NCBI GenBank assembly: GCA_004431415.1
Contig: QPMI01000015.1
Coordinates: forward strand, 62,001 to 126,000
Source: Cyanophora paradoxa CCMP329
Lineage: Eukaryota; Plantae; Glaucophyta
Direction: 5' to 3'
DNA length: 64,000 nucleotides
In this document: positions 1-13,310 of the stretch, in pieces
Position numbering within the stretch: position 1 is the first letter of the stretch
How the letters are laid out: each line of letters begins with the position of its first letter
The notes under the pieces: generated by a model
The model's input: the letters and a program-made list of their open reading frames with translations, nothing else
Database searches by the model: none
What the model was told of the DNA's origin: nothing
Made by a program: the position numbers and the translations under genes

Positions 1-3000
1 ATGACGTCGCTCGCTTCGATCTTCGTAGCCGCGCGCGGACTGTTAGATCTAGATATTCGATCTGCTCAGAAATATACATGCTCTTCTTTACCTTGACCCG
101 TCGCTTGCATCCAGAGGACGCCACAATTACGGTGTGCGCGCCGAAGAACGTCGTGTTTGCGCCTTCGGCTGGGGTCCGAACGCTGACAGATGCTCCCTCG
201 CACGTTCCCAGGGCAACGCTCAGGTCTAAAAGGAATTCTTTCGTTCCCTGTGCTTTTACCACAATGCGATTCGGCCATCCTGAGATGGAAGGATCTGCAA
301 CCAGAGCCCATTATTAGCCTATGCATATGGTCGCCTTAAAGCTTGCATCCCACATCGCGCACTGTCGCTGACGACGATCTTGAGCGGGAGGGTCTCCGAA
401 ATCCCATCTGGATCTGCGGCGGACACGGAACATGTAGCAATTCCAGTGGTGTTTGCTGCAGGCTGGAAGCCGATTTCGCGGAGGAGTCCGCCAGTCGTGT
501 CAACAGTTATGTTGACAATCGGGGCCTTAGCCCCGCCGCCTGAGCTGTCGGCACTGCAGATCCCCGACAATGCCACCGACTGCACATCCGAGTTGTCGTT
601 TGCAAGACGGACAGCCGAAGCGAGCGGTTTGTTCACGTAAACATCCAGCTCGGTAGACGGAGCAAAAAGGTGGACTTGCGGTCCCCGCACGACCAGCACT
701 GGAATCGCGAGCGATGTAGCAAATCCACTGCCCGAATCAGACGCGTTCACTAAGAGCACAGTGGAGCTTGTAGTGGAAGTCACAATCGTTCCAGAGATCA
801 GCAGCTTGATTGCAGAGAGTCCGCCGGCACCGCTTGAGCTCGATTCCGCACTCGATCCGCTGACAGAGTCTGACATAACATAGACAGAACCCGTCGAGGT
901 GCCTATATTTGGTATAACAGCAGTGCTGGCCGGCGATGCATGTCCGTTCAGATCGCGCAGGAATCCGTACGGCACAGAGATATCGCATCCGACGGATAGC
1001 GGAACGGTAGGTGGGGACTGGGAGAGTTTGAGGACAAACTTTCGGGGCGTGCACTTCAAAGCCGGAGCTGCGCGTTGCTCTTTCGTCAAAGGCTCGCAAG
1101 GATTTGCACATTCAGGTCCGACGCACGCATCGTCACTCGAACACTGATTGATGATGAAGATTCGAATCCCTCGGCGTCCCTCACTTTTACTTCCAAGAAA
1201 GCGACACCCACCTTACTTTGATTGGAAGAAGAATGCACTGCAAAGACCTGGCAAGGCCAGCCTCCCGCAGCGCGAGCGCCTGGGCACTCTCGCGATCCCA
1301 GCTTGCGACCACTTATCAAGGTCACATCGGAGGATCCGGAGCTGATAATGACATCCCAGACCGGAGCGGCTGACCTCGAACCAGCAACGTTTTCGATTCG
1401 CGCAAAGCATTCGAAAAAGTATGCGGATGCTGGTTGCATAGCAATGTTGGAGACATTGCAGATGATGCCGGGGGCTGCGATTTTCGAAATTCGCGATCAC
1501 ATCGCGCTCGGCAAGCGGCGGCAAAACGACGATCATATTCATCAGCGCACCTGTATTAACGACAAACGGTAAACTTAGAACTGTCGAGTAGTTCTCCTGG
1601 TCTACTACAGTCGTCGTCAGCGTTCCAGAACCTCGAGCCCCGGCTGTTGGCGTGAGAGAAATACTAAGACTGTTCGAACTGAAGGTCGGTTTGATGCTTG
1701 CAGCACTGATCACTTGCTCGTTGGATGAAATCCACACCCGGATTGCAGGTTCCTTGTTGTCCGCAAGAATAGAGCAATCGATACTGAAGCTTGTCTGGTT
1801 CACCAAAGGCAGAAGCTTTGGTGCAGGGCATGAGATAATCGGCGCTACCGCAAGAGCCGTATGAGCCAGGGTATATAAAGCACAACACATGCTCCAGTGT
1901 GGATGGCAAATTAAATACCTCGGGGAATCTGAAGACTCAGTTGCGCAGACGCCGCCCCCCCATCCTTGTCTTGGACCATCACGTCAAGCATTACGGCGCC
2001 GTAGGTTTTGGCCGGGATGGTCAAGTCGATCTTGAATGTTCCGATTTTAATTTGCTCTGTAGTCGAACTAGGTGCAAAGTTTTGGACGGATACGGAACTG
2101 GGATACACGATCTGCTTGTCGCACGTTCCAGTGCAGCTGCACACTGTTGGCCCAATAGGCTTCATGCAAGTATATGCTTCGACTCCGACTGGCATATTTG
2201 AGCAAAAGCCAAAAACGCAAAACTGCTTATAGACGATGCGAGTGCAGGTAGTCGGGACCAGAGACGGGCCGCATGTTTCTTTCCCGCAGGAACTGCAAGG
2301 AGGAGTGTACGAGCATCGTCCATCCGATTCGCACCCATTGTCTCGAACGTACCCTGTTGCGAAGCTATATTGATCAATGCGCGCGGGTTCGTTGCACCCT
2401 GTGTAACACCAATTGCAAGCGGTACGATTGCGCACCAAGCGGGCATGGACTGTAGCATGTGCCGCGCTGAAAGCCGTTCAACGTGTAGGGGCATGACAGA
2501 TAGTCCGTGCCAGCGTCAGCGCAGTTGAGCACGCAAGCTCTCGCATTGTTCGGATCTTGCGTCGTGTAGCGAGGACACGCAGAAGTCGCAACTCTGGTGC
2601 CATCCACAATGCTAGTGAGTGCTGCAATGCCGCGTTGAATGTTCCCATACCCAGCGGTGGTGTTGGAGACAGAGAGACTGCGCACGCGTAAATTATATAA
2701 TTACGATAAACTTAATACATTGTTAGACTGAAAACCCTTCAAGCGATTTGCGAACCTTAAGCGATCGCGAATATCGGCGATGGTCGATGATACGGTGTTT
2801 GCGAGAATCACAGTGCATGCAAACGCCGCAGACTTCGTTGCCGGGGCATTCGTGAAATCGCTGGCCCTGTACTTGAGACCTTGTCCGGGATTGCAAGTTA
2901 TGGTAGGAGCTGATCGTGATGCGAATTCAGCATATGGTCATGAGCCGGGGTAAAATAGTTGACCAAAATCAAAGCGCACGTTCAGCGACGGAAACTCTGA

Positions 3001-6000
3001 AGGTTTTATAAACGGAGAATTGGCGATAGTCCGACAATTTCAGTGTTATTAGTGCAAAATCGGCGACGGAGGGGTTCAGAACAGTGCATTGGATGGTCAA
3101 TGCAAAGTTCGTCGGCCCAGAACCGCTGATGCTAACGATACAATTGGAAGCACGCGCAACAGTTTCTCTAGAGGAGACGAGAGTCCTCTGCAGATTGCTG
3201 GGTAGCTGTCCCGCCTCGACCAACAACTTACAGCTTATTAGCGGAGCCACGGTAGGGGCGGTGGATGTGGTTTTCGGAACAAACACCGAATCCCCGCAGT
3301 CACTCAGAGCCGGGCCTGCAGGCGGATTCGAATTAAATCTTTGATTTCAAGCAGCTGAACTGGGTGAGCTTTAAAGAAAAGCGCATGGTCTCACTCTCGC
3401 CAACGTGAACGGTGAACGATGTCTCAGATCGAAAGCCCTCGTAATCTACCGCTGCTAGTCGAACTACACAAGAACCCGGTGACGTTGTCTGAGATGACCG
3501 CAAAACGGATACAGTTCTAATGGAGGCGCTTCCATCTACTTTGAATGTTTCTGCGCTCCAGTGATGTCAGAATAGCAAATTAATTATATATAAAATGATC
3601 ATTTGCAATGACTCAGTGAGCTCGAGCATGCTTACCATCTGCAAGTAGTGAACATGCGACTGCAGAATCCTGGACTCTGGATACGATTGCTTGGGAGGCC
3701 ACACCCGTATAAACAGCCAGGGAACATTGGGCCTCAGCTCTTTGACTCTGGCCTGGCCGCAAATCGATCGTCACTTGGGATGGGCATCGCAGCTCAGGGG
3801 CTGCGATGGCAAGGGAGAGACGTGAGATGTAGATTTAGTTTTACAGATACGCCTGCAATTTTTGAAAACGCACGTCTGGAAACAATAAGTCGGATTGTCA
3901 CAGCTTTCGAGTACCCGGCCACGTCTCGGACTTTTAGTGTAAGAGCGACCTCTCCAGTCAATCCCGGACTATACATGTGCCGGAAAGATACTAAATATTG
4001 AGATTGTCTTGACTCGCGTCTAGTCGTGATCAGGCCTTGAGGGAGCATAGCAGAATCGTTCGAAGACACCTCAAAAGAGCTCTGTTGCATGGGGGGTAGT
4101 CTCAATATGATTGTTAAGAATGCATGCGCAGCTGCGCATGCCAGCTTCGTATGACACTATAGCTAGTCTTCTCTCACCTGTTCGAAATCTCCATTGGTGA
4201 TAGTCACTGTGCAAACAATTGTGGTGCTTTCGGTAGCAGTAACAACCCGAAGAACTTTGGTGGAATTGCACTGGACTGATGGAACTGTGGAAATCCGGAA
4301 ACTTAAAATGTGAGCATTTCAATTGGAATAATCGTTTGAGCACTTCAATGGGAAAAACACGCACAAACTGATGCTCGAGCCACAATCTGGAAAACTGTGA
4401 CGAAACCCTCTGCGTCTTTCGCTTCGATGTACAACTGGGCAGAGCCTGCTTTCAAAGCTCTGATAACAGAGACTTGAAAAGTGCCGTCGGAGCTTGTAAG
4501 GGATCCACTCAGACCCGCAACAGCTATATCCGACTTCTGAACCACAGATAGATCTCCCGAATTCGCGGAGAATATTGCCTGCGCCGGAATCACTTATAAT
4601 TCACGGTATGCGCGGGATGCGATATTTAGATCGATACGACGGGCGTACATCTTTGACGGATCCAGCAAATACTCTTATGTTGCAAGTAAGAGTTGACGGC
4701 GAAGCTCCAGGTGAAAGATCTACTCTCATTTCTAATGCACCGCATGTGACCTCCGGGCCTGAGCATGGGGACACGAGTGGAATATTAATTATTTATATTT
4801 ATAATTAACGAGCAGTTGCAATTGCGCATCATCTACAAAAAGCATGCGGACCTTTTGACACAACGATTCGATACTGCCGCTCCCAGAAAGTAATTTTGGG
4901 TGGAGGCCCGCGATACTCCACGCTTGCGAGTCCCACGCCAATAAAATTGCTGTTTGGGATTACAAGCAGCTCCGAGGTTGCAGCGTCGAAGGTAATCTGA
5001 GAGCTTGCGGCGAGTGCCGGAGTGCGCCAAATGACGTTCAGCGCCGGACGATTCGAGTCTTCATCCTCGGGGAAAGGGCCTGAGGCATCCGCAATAGCAA
5101 AGACAGGGGTCTCCGATCGCGAGTCGGAAATGTTAAGTGGGAGTCGGATCAGCTGGCTGCCTTGCGCGGCAAGCACCTTCCTCTCTGAAACGATATTAAT
5201 CTTAAGCTTGTTCGTGCAGCGACAAGATTTCGCTAAAGAGGAATTGGCATACCTGCACCTCCCTGCAGCCACTCAAATCTCCAGTCTTTGATTTTCATCC
5301 TCGGGATGAAGTCCAGAAAGTCATTTTCCCACTTCAATCCAATAGAGATAGGGTCTAACTCTATTTCGATTCCAGCCTCCACGCTCAGATATGGCTTCCA
5401 ATAGATTGCTAACGCCAAGGACGTTTTGTACCCTCTGCGAGAATATGAAGCTTAGTTTGGAAAACAATCAGTCTTAAACATCGAAACCAAATTAAAGTGT
5501 TAGCACGCACGGCACATTATCGACCGAGAGATCAAATGAAGGAATTACGCCAACACCGAGCGATAAAGATGCAAATTCCATCAATGAAAGTTCGACTCCG
5601 AAACCGTTGCCGACACCCAAGCTGATGTCTTTCCGGGGGGCGGCCGTCAGCTATTTCGTTGTATCTAAAGACGGAATTACACTAACCAGCTCCAAGAAGG
5701 AAGAGAGGGTCTACTTGATCCATTGGTTTTGGCGTGAATTCGGCTATTTTCTGTCTCCGGCCTCGCGGTTAATTTTAAATTGACATTACATATACTTTGA
5801 GCCACTGTGTTACCTACCTCGAGACCCTTAGACCACGTATAGTCAAAGCCAGCCCGCATGGTTCCAGCGAAAGCCCCTCCCACCTGTCACAGAGATTGAA
5901 ACATCACGTACAGTAAATTAAATGTGAGCAGCTGCAGCTCGATCTTCATATAACTAGCCTGTACCTTGATTTTGCCGAGAATGCTTCCAGAGAGCTCGAA

Positions 6001-8720
6001 CGAGAGATCATAGGAGAAGCTCAATCCTATTTTACCGAGCGGCGTGAAGTAGGTTAGGCTGCAGCGAACAGTCATGACCAGGTCATGATCAGTCATGGTC
6101 GGCTGCAGTCAGTTCTTAATCGCAGTTGAAGTAGTCTGCGCTAACCCAGGGATCGGAAGCGGGATGGGAACGGAAAAGGTCGCTTTCAACTGTGCATCGA
6201 GATCGAGCTGTCGCGAATTCGAGGTTTGATTAAGATAGAAAATTCAGGAATATGTACATGTACATATATGTATAGCTTTAAAAAATTAGTTTACCTCAAA
6301 AATAGAGGAGAGAGCGACGGAAGCTCCCATGACAAACTTCGCCCGCCCCTTGAACTTGACCAACGACGTCGTTCGAAAATAAACATCCCGAGTCTTTACA
6401 GGAGACCGCGTGCAAGTCACGCCCACATCGCTGAAGCCCGACGGACAGCCCCCACAGAATCTGCGCAGATAATTTCATCGAACGTGCGGATAACGATCAG
6501 GTAGGCTGGTGAGCTCAAACGTACGGGTCCCAGACGCAAAAACGCCAGGCACAACGATTGCAACCCGGCTTGCGGACGAACTCAGGGGCCCTCCAGCACG
6601 TTGCGGGGCCTGGACTCTGTTGAACGAAGGATCAGTCCGTTTCGGCAGAATTGGCTGCGAGGGAAAACAATCACCCATCCCGGACCGCAGTCTTGAGAAC
6701 AGAAAGCCTCGAAACCTGAGTACCCAGTCTTGCATGTTTCATAGCACATCGCTTTCAGAGCTGCCCGCACACGTGGTCGAATCAGCTCTCGTGAGCTTCA
6801 GCTTTTTGAATTACGACGGCCCAGCTCACCACTTTGCTCAAGCCCAGCCTCACAACCCAGGCTCAATTCGATGGCCACGTCTATGTACGGATTGAGATAC
6901 AAGAAGCAGTTGTGACAGTGAAGCCTGCTTTTAATGTCCTCTTGCAAACACCCCGTCTTGTCTTTGTATTCTGCACAGGCTGAAATAGGCTTATCCATCC
7001 ACGCTGGTCCCTCCTGTTTACGCAGCTCCCGAGTGAATACATTGTACGGAGAAGGCTTTTTCGATGTTTCGTGGAGAAGTTTCGATGCCTCGCTCGCTTG
7101 GCCGGTGGCTTTATCTGCACAGCATCGCCGCGAGCAGAATGCCAGTCAAAACATATATATATAATGTCAGTCAAACAATTTAGGGTGGTAATTAAATGTG
7201 CGCGCACTGTAGTTCCAATTAATCTCGAAGCCCGCAGAATAGGCCATATTCAGTTTTCTAGCATGGAATCGCGGATTCAATGACGCGTAGGCGGTCTGAG
7301 ATGTAGCTGGGTCTGGGCCTTCCGTGAAGTATTTGATAATGCCGTCGGAGTACATCTCCTGCGCGTGCACGTGCACGGGTGTTTGAGTCGAACTGTTGGC
7401 GTATCTCGGAATATTAACCCTCCGTTATCGCACCAGGACAGATACCCCTCGAACGCTCAGGGTGACGCTCGTGTTGGACTTGGCTAGTACCCGATCTACA
7501 CGATACTGGAACGGGGCGAGCTCGAGCTCGCCAGAATCGTCCCCTGTAGGCGGCGCCGGCGCGCAGCTCCATCTGCCAGCCCCAACGAGGGTCCAGCCAA
7601 CCGAGACTGGAATCGCATCTGCATCGTGGGAAATGGAAAAGCTGAGCGTTATTGTTCCTCGGGTGCCGGGCTTCAGCTGGTCTTCGAATGTGGCCCCGGT
7701 CTTGAGAGGGCGCTTAGCGGCTGGATCACGGAAGATCTCACAAGTGACCGAGGCTAATCCGACAGTGGAGATAAATGAGTCGCTGTCCAGATCGACGATC
7801 AGCGGCACCGGCTCCGCGTTGTAAGCGAGAAAAGATCTGATCAAGTTTAAATTTCAGCCCCGGATGACCAACGTTAATGCACATGGAAGGCTCGAACCGC
7901 TTTCCGTCCGCGTCGGCGGTAATCTCAATGCCGTTCATGGTGAGATCTGAGTTGGACATTGCCCACGCCGCGAGCACATCGTTCAGATCGACGTCCGGAC
8001 GAGCATCCTCCCTGGATCCGGACTCCTTGGCGCTGCGGCCGCCTGCAGCTGCAGCTGGCTCTTCGTGGCCGGTGGTCCCGTCCGCCGTGCGGTTGAGCGA
8101 CTCATCTACATAACGACGATACCGGCGGGCGAGCTCACGCTGCCCTGGCGGCGCGTTATCGGCCCACCACGCTGCCAGGTAGCCTTCGACTGGCGACCCA
8201 ACGAAGATGCTCATATCAATATCCTTCTGCCCCGGCGCTCCGTTCTTCGAATCGGAGCTGCCAGTGGCTCCGTTCTTCGAATTACCGCTCGGCTTGGAAG
8301 GAGGAAGCTTGAGGTCGCGATCGCCCCCACCTTTACCATGTGCATCGATATCGGCCGCGGCTGCGGTAGCATGCGCAGCTGACTGCTGCCTGGATCTTGC
8401 TGCGTACGCAGCTGCAGCTTTGCCTCCGGCCTCCGATAAAATCGAAGAACCGGGTGCGTAAGTCAGGCGAGGCAGCCGCGCAGGGGCGGCAGGCGTCCAG
8501 GCCGTTTTCAGCGTCTCAATCGTTTCACCTGCGATCGTTTCTCCAAAGTTTAAAGAGGGCGCTTGGCGCGCGGCGCGCTGCGCTCGAGATATGTCGGCGA
8601 ACCGTCGAAGGCTGGCGTCTGCAACCCAGCATGATTATATGCATGCGCAACTTGAGCGCAAAACATGCATATGGCTGACAGGAGGATGACTGCAAATGGC
8701 TTTGCGGGCATAGTGTACAT
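1..8720 (-). CDS. Large multi-exon gene, probably a secreted/surface protein with tandem Ig/cadherin-like beta repeats and Cys-rich modules; 3' end runs off the left edge; exon boundaries approximate
   Basis: Candidate signal peptide MYTMPAKPFAVILLSAICMFCAQVAHA (ATG 8720 or 8711). Collinear minus-strand ORF pieces repeat a pattern like G.A.L...V.D.EG.......V.V (319-1089, 1213-1890, 3794-4105, 4345-4593). Cys-rich pieces such as CYETCKTGYSG..CSQDC and CYSPCP. Short GT-AG introns, e.g. ~297-362. Confidence 0.6.
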
Positions 8721-9259
8721 GTTTGCAGCTCTGTATCTATCTATAGATGTCGCATGCGCATGGACTCGCTGCAGCTGTACACGTGCTCGTGAGACCGCTG
8801 CAGAACTGCGTCTGCTCGGCAGCGCTGGCGCCCCCCGCAGCTTGCTTTCAGACGTTGACATAAACGACTTGCCGCCGGGGCCGGTCAATGTATTAATGTT
8901 GCCGGTGTGCGCGTACGCGCGCATCGTAGCTGCAGCCTGCATCTGCCGACACTCGGCGAGCACGCGCAAATTTAGATCTAGATCCCCGATGATTTTAGAG
9001 TCCCCACGGTCCGGTCGTAGACTCGCAGAGTCGGCGAACTGCGCAGTGCGCACTGCCACTGATGCCGCAGTGCGCAATACTAGTATGCGGCATGCCGCAG
9101 TGCCATGATCATGAGCCGGACCGCAGTGATATGTCGGTACCGAATTATGTCGGTTCGGACATGATCTAACGACATAATTTGAGACCGTCATAAAACGGGT
9201 ACAGAGGCGGTAATTGTTGGGGGTACTGTATGGGCCGATTGGGCAGCCGCTGAGCAGGG

Positions 9260-9328
9260 AATTAACGCGGTACCAAATTAACGCGGTGAGACCAAATTTC
9301 CGCGCGTTAATTTGGCACCGCGTTAATT
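9260..9328. repeat. Inverted repeat/hairpin (26-bp arms, 1 mismatch, 17-nt loop), probably part of a dispersed repeat with a related copy near 37820-38045
   Basis: AATTAACGCGGTACCAAATTAACGCG at 9260-9285 versus CGCGTTAATTTGGCACCGCGTTAATT at 9303-9328. A similar CCGCGTTAATT...GTGCCC run occurs at ~37964-38005. Confidence 0.6.
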
Positions 9329-9587
9329 AAGTGCCCGCGGTATTTACGTGCCCACAGACCGGCCCACAGCTGCAGGCTCCACGTGCACTGTGCACATGTA
9401 TAGTACAGGCTCCACTGTAGCCTCTACGTATACAGGCTCCACAGGACCACAGCTAGCGCTAGCCTAGTAGCTAGAGGCTGGACCACACTGCCACTGTCTG
9501 CCAGCCTCTCAGGGCCTGTGCGGCTGTGCCACTGGGCCAGGCTGGCAGAGGCTGCAGCTGCACAGTGTCACGGTGTCACCACATGTA

Positions 9588-9833
9588 CTGTAAAACGAGA
9601 AATGTCCGGCAGTACTTAATATTCGGCGCTATTCGGCATAGCCTCGCGGTGCCGAATACTTGAAACTGCCAGAATTATGCAGATGTATGGCAGAAAGGGG
9701 ATCAATGTACCCGCCGCCTAGGCGGACTGTCCGTGTTGCCGAAAATATGATGTCGACGAACCACAATTTCGGCGCATTTTTCGGGTTTTGCCGAAATAAA
9801 GTGACGCCGGATCGGACATTTCTCGTTTTACAG
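9588..9833. mobile_element. Tc1/mariner-type MITE (246 bp)
   Basis: 21-bp TIRs CTGTAAAACGAGAAATGTCCG / CGGACATTTCTCGTTTTACAG, flanked by TA on both sides (9586-87, 9834-35); no recognisable coding capacity. Confidence 0.85.
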
Positions 9834-10822
9834 TACAGGCCTAGGCAGCCTGAGGCAGGTGACCGGGACCGTGACGTCGACCCCGCAGACTGGCCGCAGT
9901 GGCCGCACAGTGCCGCTGCACTGCCCGGCAGCCGCACTGCACTGCACTAGTACTGCGGCAGCTGCTCAGGCCCTCAGGGCCCACAGCCTCAGACACTGAC
10001 CAGCTGCCATCGTGGCACTGCCTGCCAGCTGGGCCTCGGCGGCGCCTCGCCGCCTCGGGCTGGCGCCTCAGCGCCGACTCTCGCCGCCAAGTCACTGAGT
10101 CAGCGGCCCTCATGATCATGCCGGTGAGTCATGAGAGTCTGATGATGAGACTCATGAGTCATGACTCATCATGGCATCATTGGCATGATCAGGCCGGGAC
10201 AGGCCCTCAGGCTGCCCGGTTGCATGATCTTGAATCATCCCGGGACTCATGGCCGCCGCATTGGCCGGGAGTCCGACTCGGCGACGGTCCGATGAATATG
10301 ATCAGTAAATGACAGTCATCAATGCTAATCATCCGATGATCTTTGCATAAGTTCTGTGTTCGAATTCGCTGTCGCGAATCGCCGCCGAATCGGCGCAGAT
10401 AATTCGCCACAAGTTCCGAGTTCGCATTGCATCAATTTGCATGCAAGTTGTTTTCGCAACTGAATTTGAAAGTTCATATCAAGGCCTCAATGGCCGAAAA
10501 GGAAACAATCTACGTACCCCAAATCCATCATTATGAAGCCATATAATTTCACAGAGATTATTTTGTTTTGGTGAATTACCGGAAACAGTCTCTAGACACC
10601 ATGCAGCACTATATATATATATATAATTTCATATAGATCCCTTCTTTAAGAATCAAAATAGAAGATATATATTCAACATGCATGAAGTTGTTTTATAAAA
10701 TAAAACATTTTTCTAGAGACGTGGCCGGTCATTCACAATACCAATTCTTAGAAGATTTCAGCTTGCCAAAGTTGAAACGTTAAATAACACATCATAATTT
10801 GCTGAGACGCTTGACTCTGAGA

Positions 10823-11191
10823 TAGGGCACTGGCCGGCGGGTCTAGAAGCTTGCACCGGGGCTGGCCCAAAATTCCGAAAGCTTGCACCGGGGCTGGCCC
10901 TAGCGGCTTGGCGGCTCCAAAATTTCGGCTGGCTTGCCAGCGGCTTGCCAGTTACTATGGTACCGGTGGCCAGCGCGGCTTGGTCTGGCTTGGTGCAGCT
11001 CGCGCGAACTTCACCTATGCTTCGTTCGCCGGCTCGATTGCGAGCCCCGGGCTTGCTGTCTTGGCTGACAAGCCGGGGAAAACCGGCAAAACCCCTGGGC
11101 TGGCAAGCCGGGGTTTCGGCTGCCTAGCCCAGGCGCCCCCCGCCCAAATTGGCCGGCTAGCTAGCCGGCTTGGCCGCCGGCCAGTGCCCTA
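10823..11191. mobile_element. hAT-type non-autonomous element (369 bp)
   Basis: 18-bp TIRs TAGGGCACTGGCCGGCGG / CCGCCGGCCAGTGCCCTA and an 8-bp TSD CTCTGAGA at 10815-10822 and 11192-11199; TAGGG ends plus an 8-bp TSD typify hAT. Confidence 0.88.
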
Positions 11192-11427
11192 CTCTGAGAC
11201 GCTTGACTCTTGACTCACTGCCAACGTCACGCCGATCAAGGTCGAGGGTCTGACGACTTCAACGGCTCGACGGGTTTTCCGATTCATTCCGATCGCGATT
11301 CTTATAAATTCACGATGAAACCATGCAATTATAATTAGCTCGCGATTAAACACAGGAGAGGTCGCGACAGGTATCGATATCAATTACGAGCACAGATCCG
11401 CCAGATTTTAATTCTGACTATCTTATT

Positions 11428-12120
11428 TTACGGTGGGGCGCGAGCCTCGCGGAGCCCCTCGGGCCCCGACAGCTCGAATTTATTGCCAGGCACCAAGCTG
11501 ATCAGATGCTCACGCATTCTTGTCCACGACGTCATATCGAATTCACCGCCCGCCGCCTTCGACGCCATAGCACCCAGCACCGTCGCTGAGAATGCTCCAG
11601 TCAAAGCATCACTTGCTGAGCGCTGCAGCGAAGACATTGCGAGCTCCGCTACTATCTTGTCCGGCTCCAAAAATTTCGGCGGCTGAATAAAAGTTGCCAG
11701 GCGCTCCAGCGATACGATCCACGATAGAACGCCAGTATTTGTTAACGCCGGAATTCGCTCCTTGAATTCTTTCAGCTCGCGGTGACGTGTGTGCATGTCC
11801 AGGTTGCTCTTCAGCGCCTCCAGCGCAGCGTCAGCTGCCGCCGCAGCTGGTTGCTGGCCCCCGATCGCGACTGGCGCCCCAGCCGCCGCTGGTGCGACCG
11901 GCGCCACTGGCGCGACCGGCGCTGGCCCCGGAGCTGGCGCTGGCATCGCGTTTGCCGCCGGAGCGGCCGCCGCCGCGGCCGCGGGCACGGCTGCTGCATG
12001 CGCAGCTGCAGCCGCCGCCCCGGGCCCGCCACTGCTCTGGCTGCCGCCCCCGGATCCGCCACTAGCGCCCGCGCCTCCGGATCCGGATCCGGATCCGCCG
12101 CTTCGCGTATTTGGAGCCAT
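11428..12120 (-). CDS. 230-aa ORF, possibly a truncated gag-like protein of a retroelement
   Basis: Starts MAPNTRS, then a G/A/P low-complexity tract and a helical region ending WTRMREHLI; lies downstream of a candidate LTR/PBS. Confidence 0.4.
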   Translation of the reverse strand: MAPNTRSGGSGSGSGGAGASGGSGGGSQSSGGPGAAAAAAHAAAVPAAAAAAAPAANAMPAPAPGPAPVAPVAPVAPAAAGAPVAIGGQQPAAAAADAALEALKSNLDMHTRHRELKEFKERIPALTNTGVLSWIVSLERLATFIQPPKFLEPDKIVAELAMSSLQRSASDALTGAFSATVLGAMASKAAGGEFDMTSWTRMREHLISLVPGNKFELSGPEGLREARAPP

Positions 12121-12678
12121 CCCGAACTCTAGACACGTCCGCCGCAGCAGAATTCCGCAGCGAACCGCCGAGCAGGTCCGCCCCCGGCGATCCGACTAGT
12201 TCTAGATCTAGCGCTAGCTCTAGCGCTTCCAATTCCTCGCCCGCGCGCCGCGGCGCGCGATATCGATGATCGACGTCGACGGCGCCCCGGAGCCCGAGCC
12301 CGAGCCTCCGAGGCTCGGAGCTAGCTATAGCGCGCCCGGCGGCCCCCGCGAGCTCGGCGTCGAGTCGGCGAGCTCGGCGCCCGTCGGCCGGCGATGCCAC
12401 GCCTGTAGAGCTCGAGTGCGCTCGCGCCGCAGAATCCGATCCGGCCTAGGCCTGAGATGCGAACGCTGCGTCGAGCGGGCCCGGATCCGGATCAGACACT
12501 GGTCGCGGGACTCGCGGCGCAGACGTACGCGCGCGCGTGCGCATGCCGGGGCGCCGGCACGGCTGCTAGAGCGCTAGCCTAGTAGCTAGCCCCGGCAGAG
12601 CGACCATATACGCATCTTTTAAAGCGACGCGTAGCGCTGGCGCGCGGTAGCGTCCGCTCACCCGCGCAGCAGGTAGCG

Positions 12679-13310
12679 CCAAGTTGATAGTAGGAGTCGC
12701 GAACATGCGCAAAGGCTCTGGTCAGTACGCAGCGACTTCCGCATGCGCAGCAGCTATGCGCATCGCGACGCAGAGGTCGGCCAGCTAGCTTTGAAGAGCT
12801 AGCTGAAAGTTTTGAGCAGCCCCCACGTATTAAGCGTCTGGTTAAATCCGGGCAAGGCCCAGATATAGTCTAGGGGTTTGTAACCAGAGGCCTAATAACA
12901 GAGTAATTACAGACCTGGATCTCTGATCCCTGACGATGTTCCCTTAATGCTTAGCCCGCCCCTGATGTGCTCCCAAGTTGCAGATGCAAAATGGCAGAGT
13001 TTCGCTGCTAGTATTTCGAGGCTGTGCGCCTCACAAAGAATGACAACTTTGGCAGGTCAGCGGCTACTTATACTAGCCCGCGTTGCAAACTAGCAAGTAT
13101 TTTCTAGGACTTTCACGGTTCTAGGATCCCGATTGGGTTCCGACTTGGGTTCCGAACCCCAACAACCGCTGCACCGAAAATCATTCGGCTGCGCCCGAAA
13201 GTCACCAAGCCAAGTCGCGACCGGCCACGCCTAGCCGGCTCCCGGCCCGCGGCCCGCGACCACGCCCGGCCAAGCTCTAGCCAGACTTGGTCTTGCCATC
13301 GCCCGCGACA
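12679..13310 (-). mobile_element. Candidate 5' LTR (12685-13310) plus primer-binding site of a truncated LTR retrotransposon
   Basis: Minus strand begins TGTCGCG at 13310 and ends ...CTATCA at 12685, followed 3 nt later by TGGCGCTACC (PBS-like). No second LTR or pol found in the window. Confidence 0.3.
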
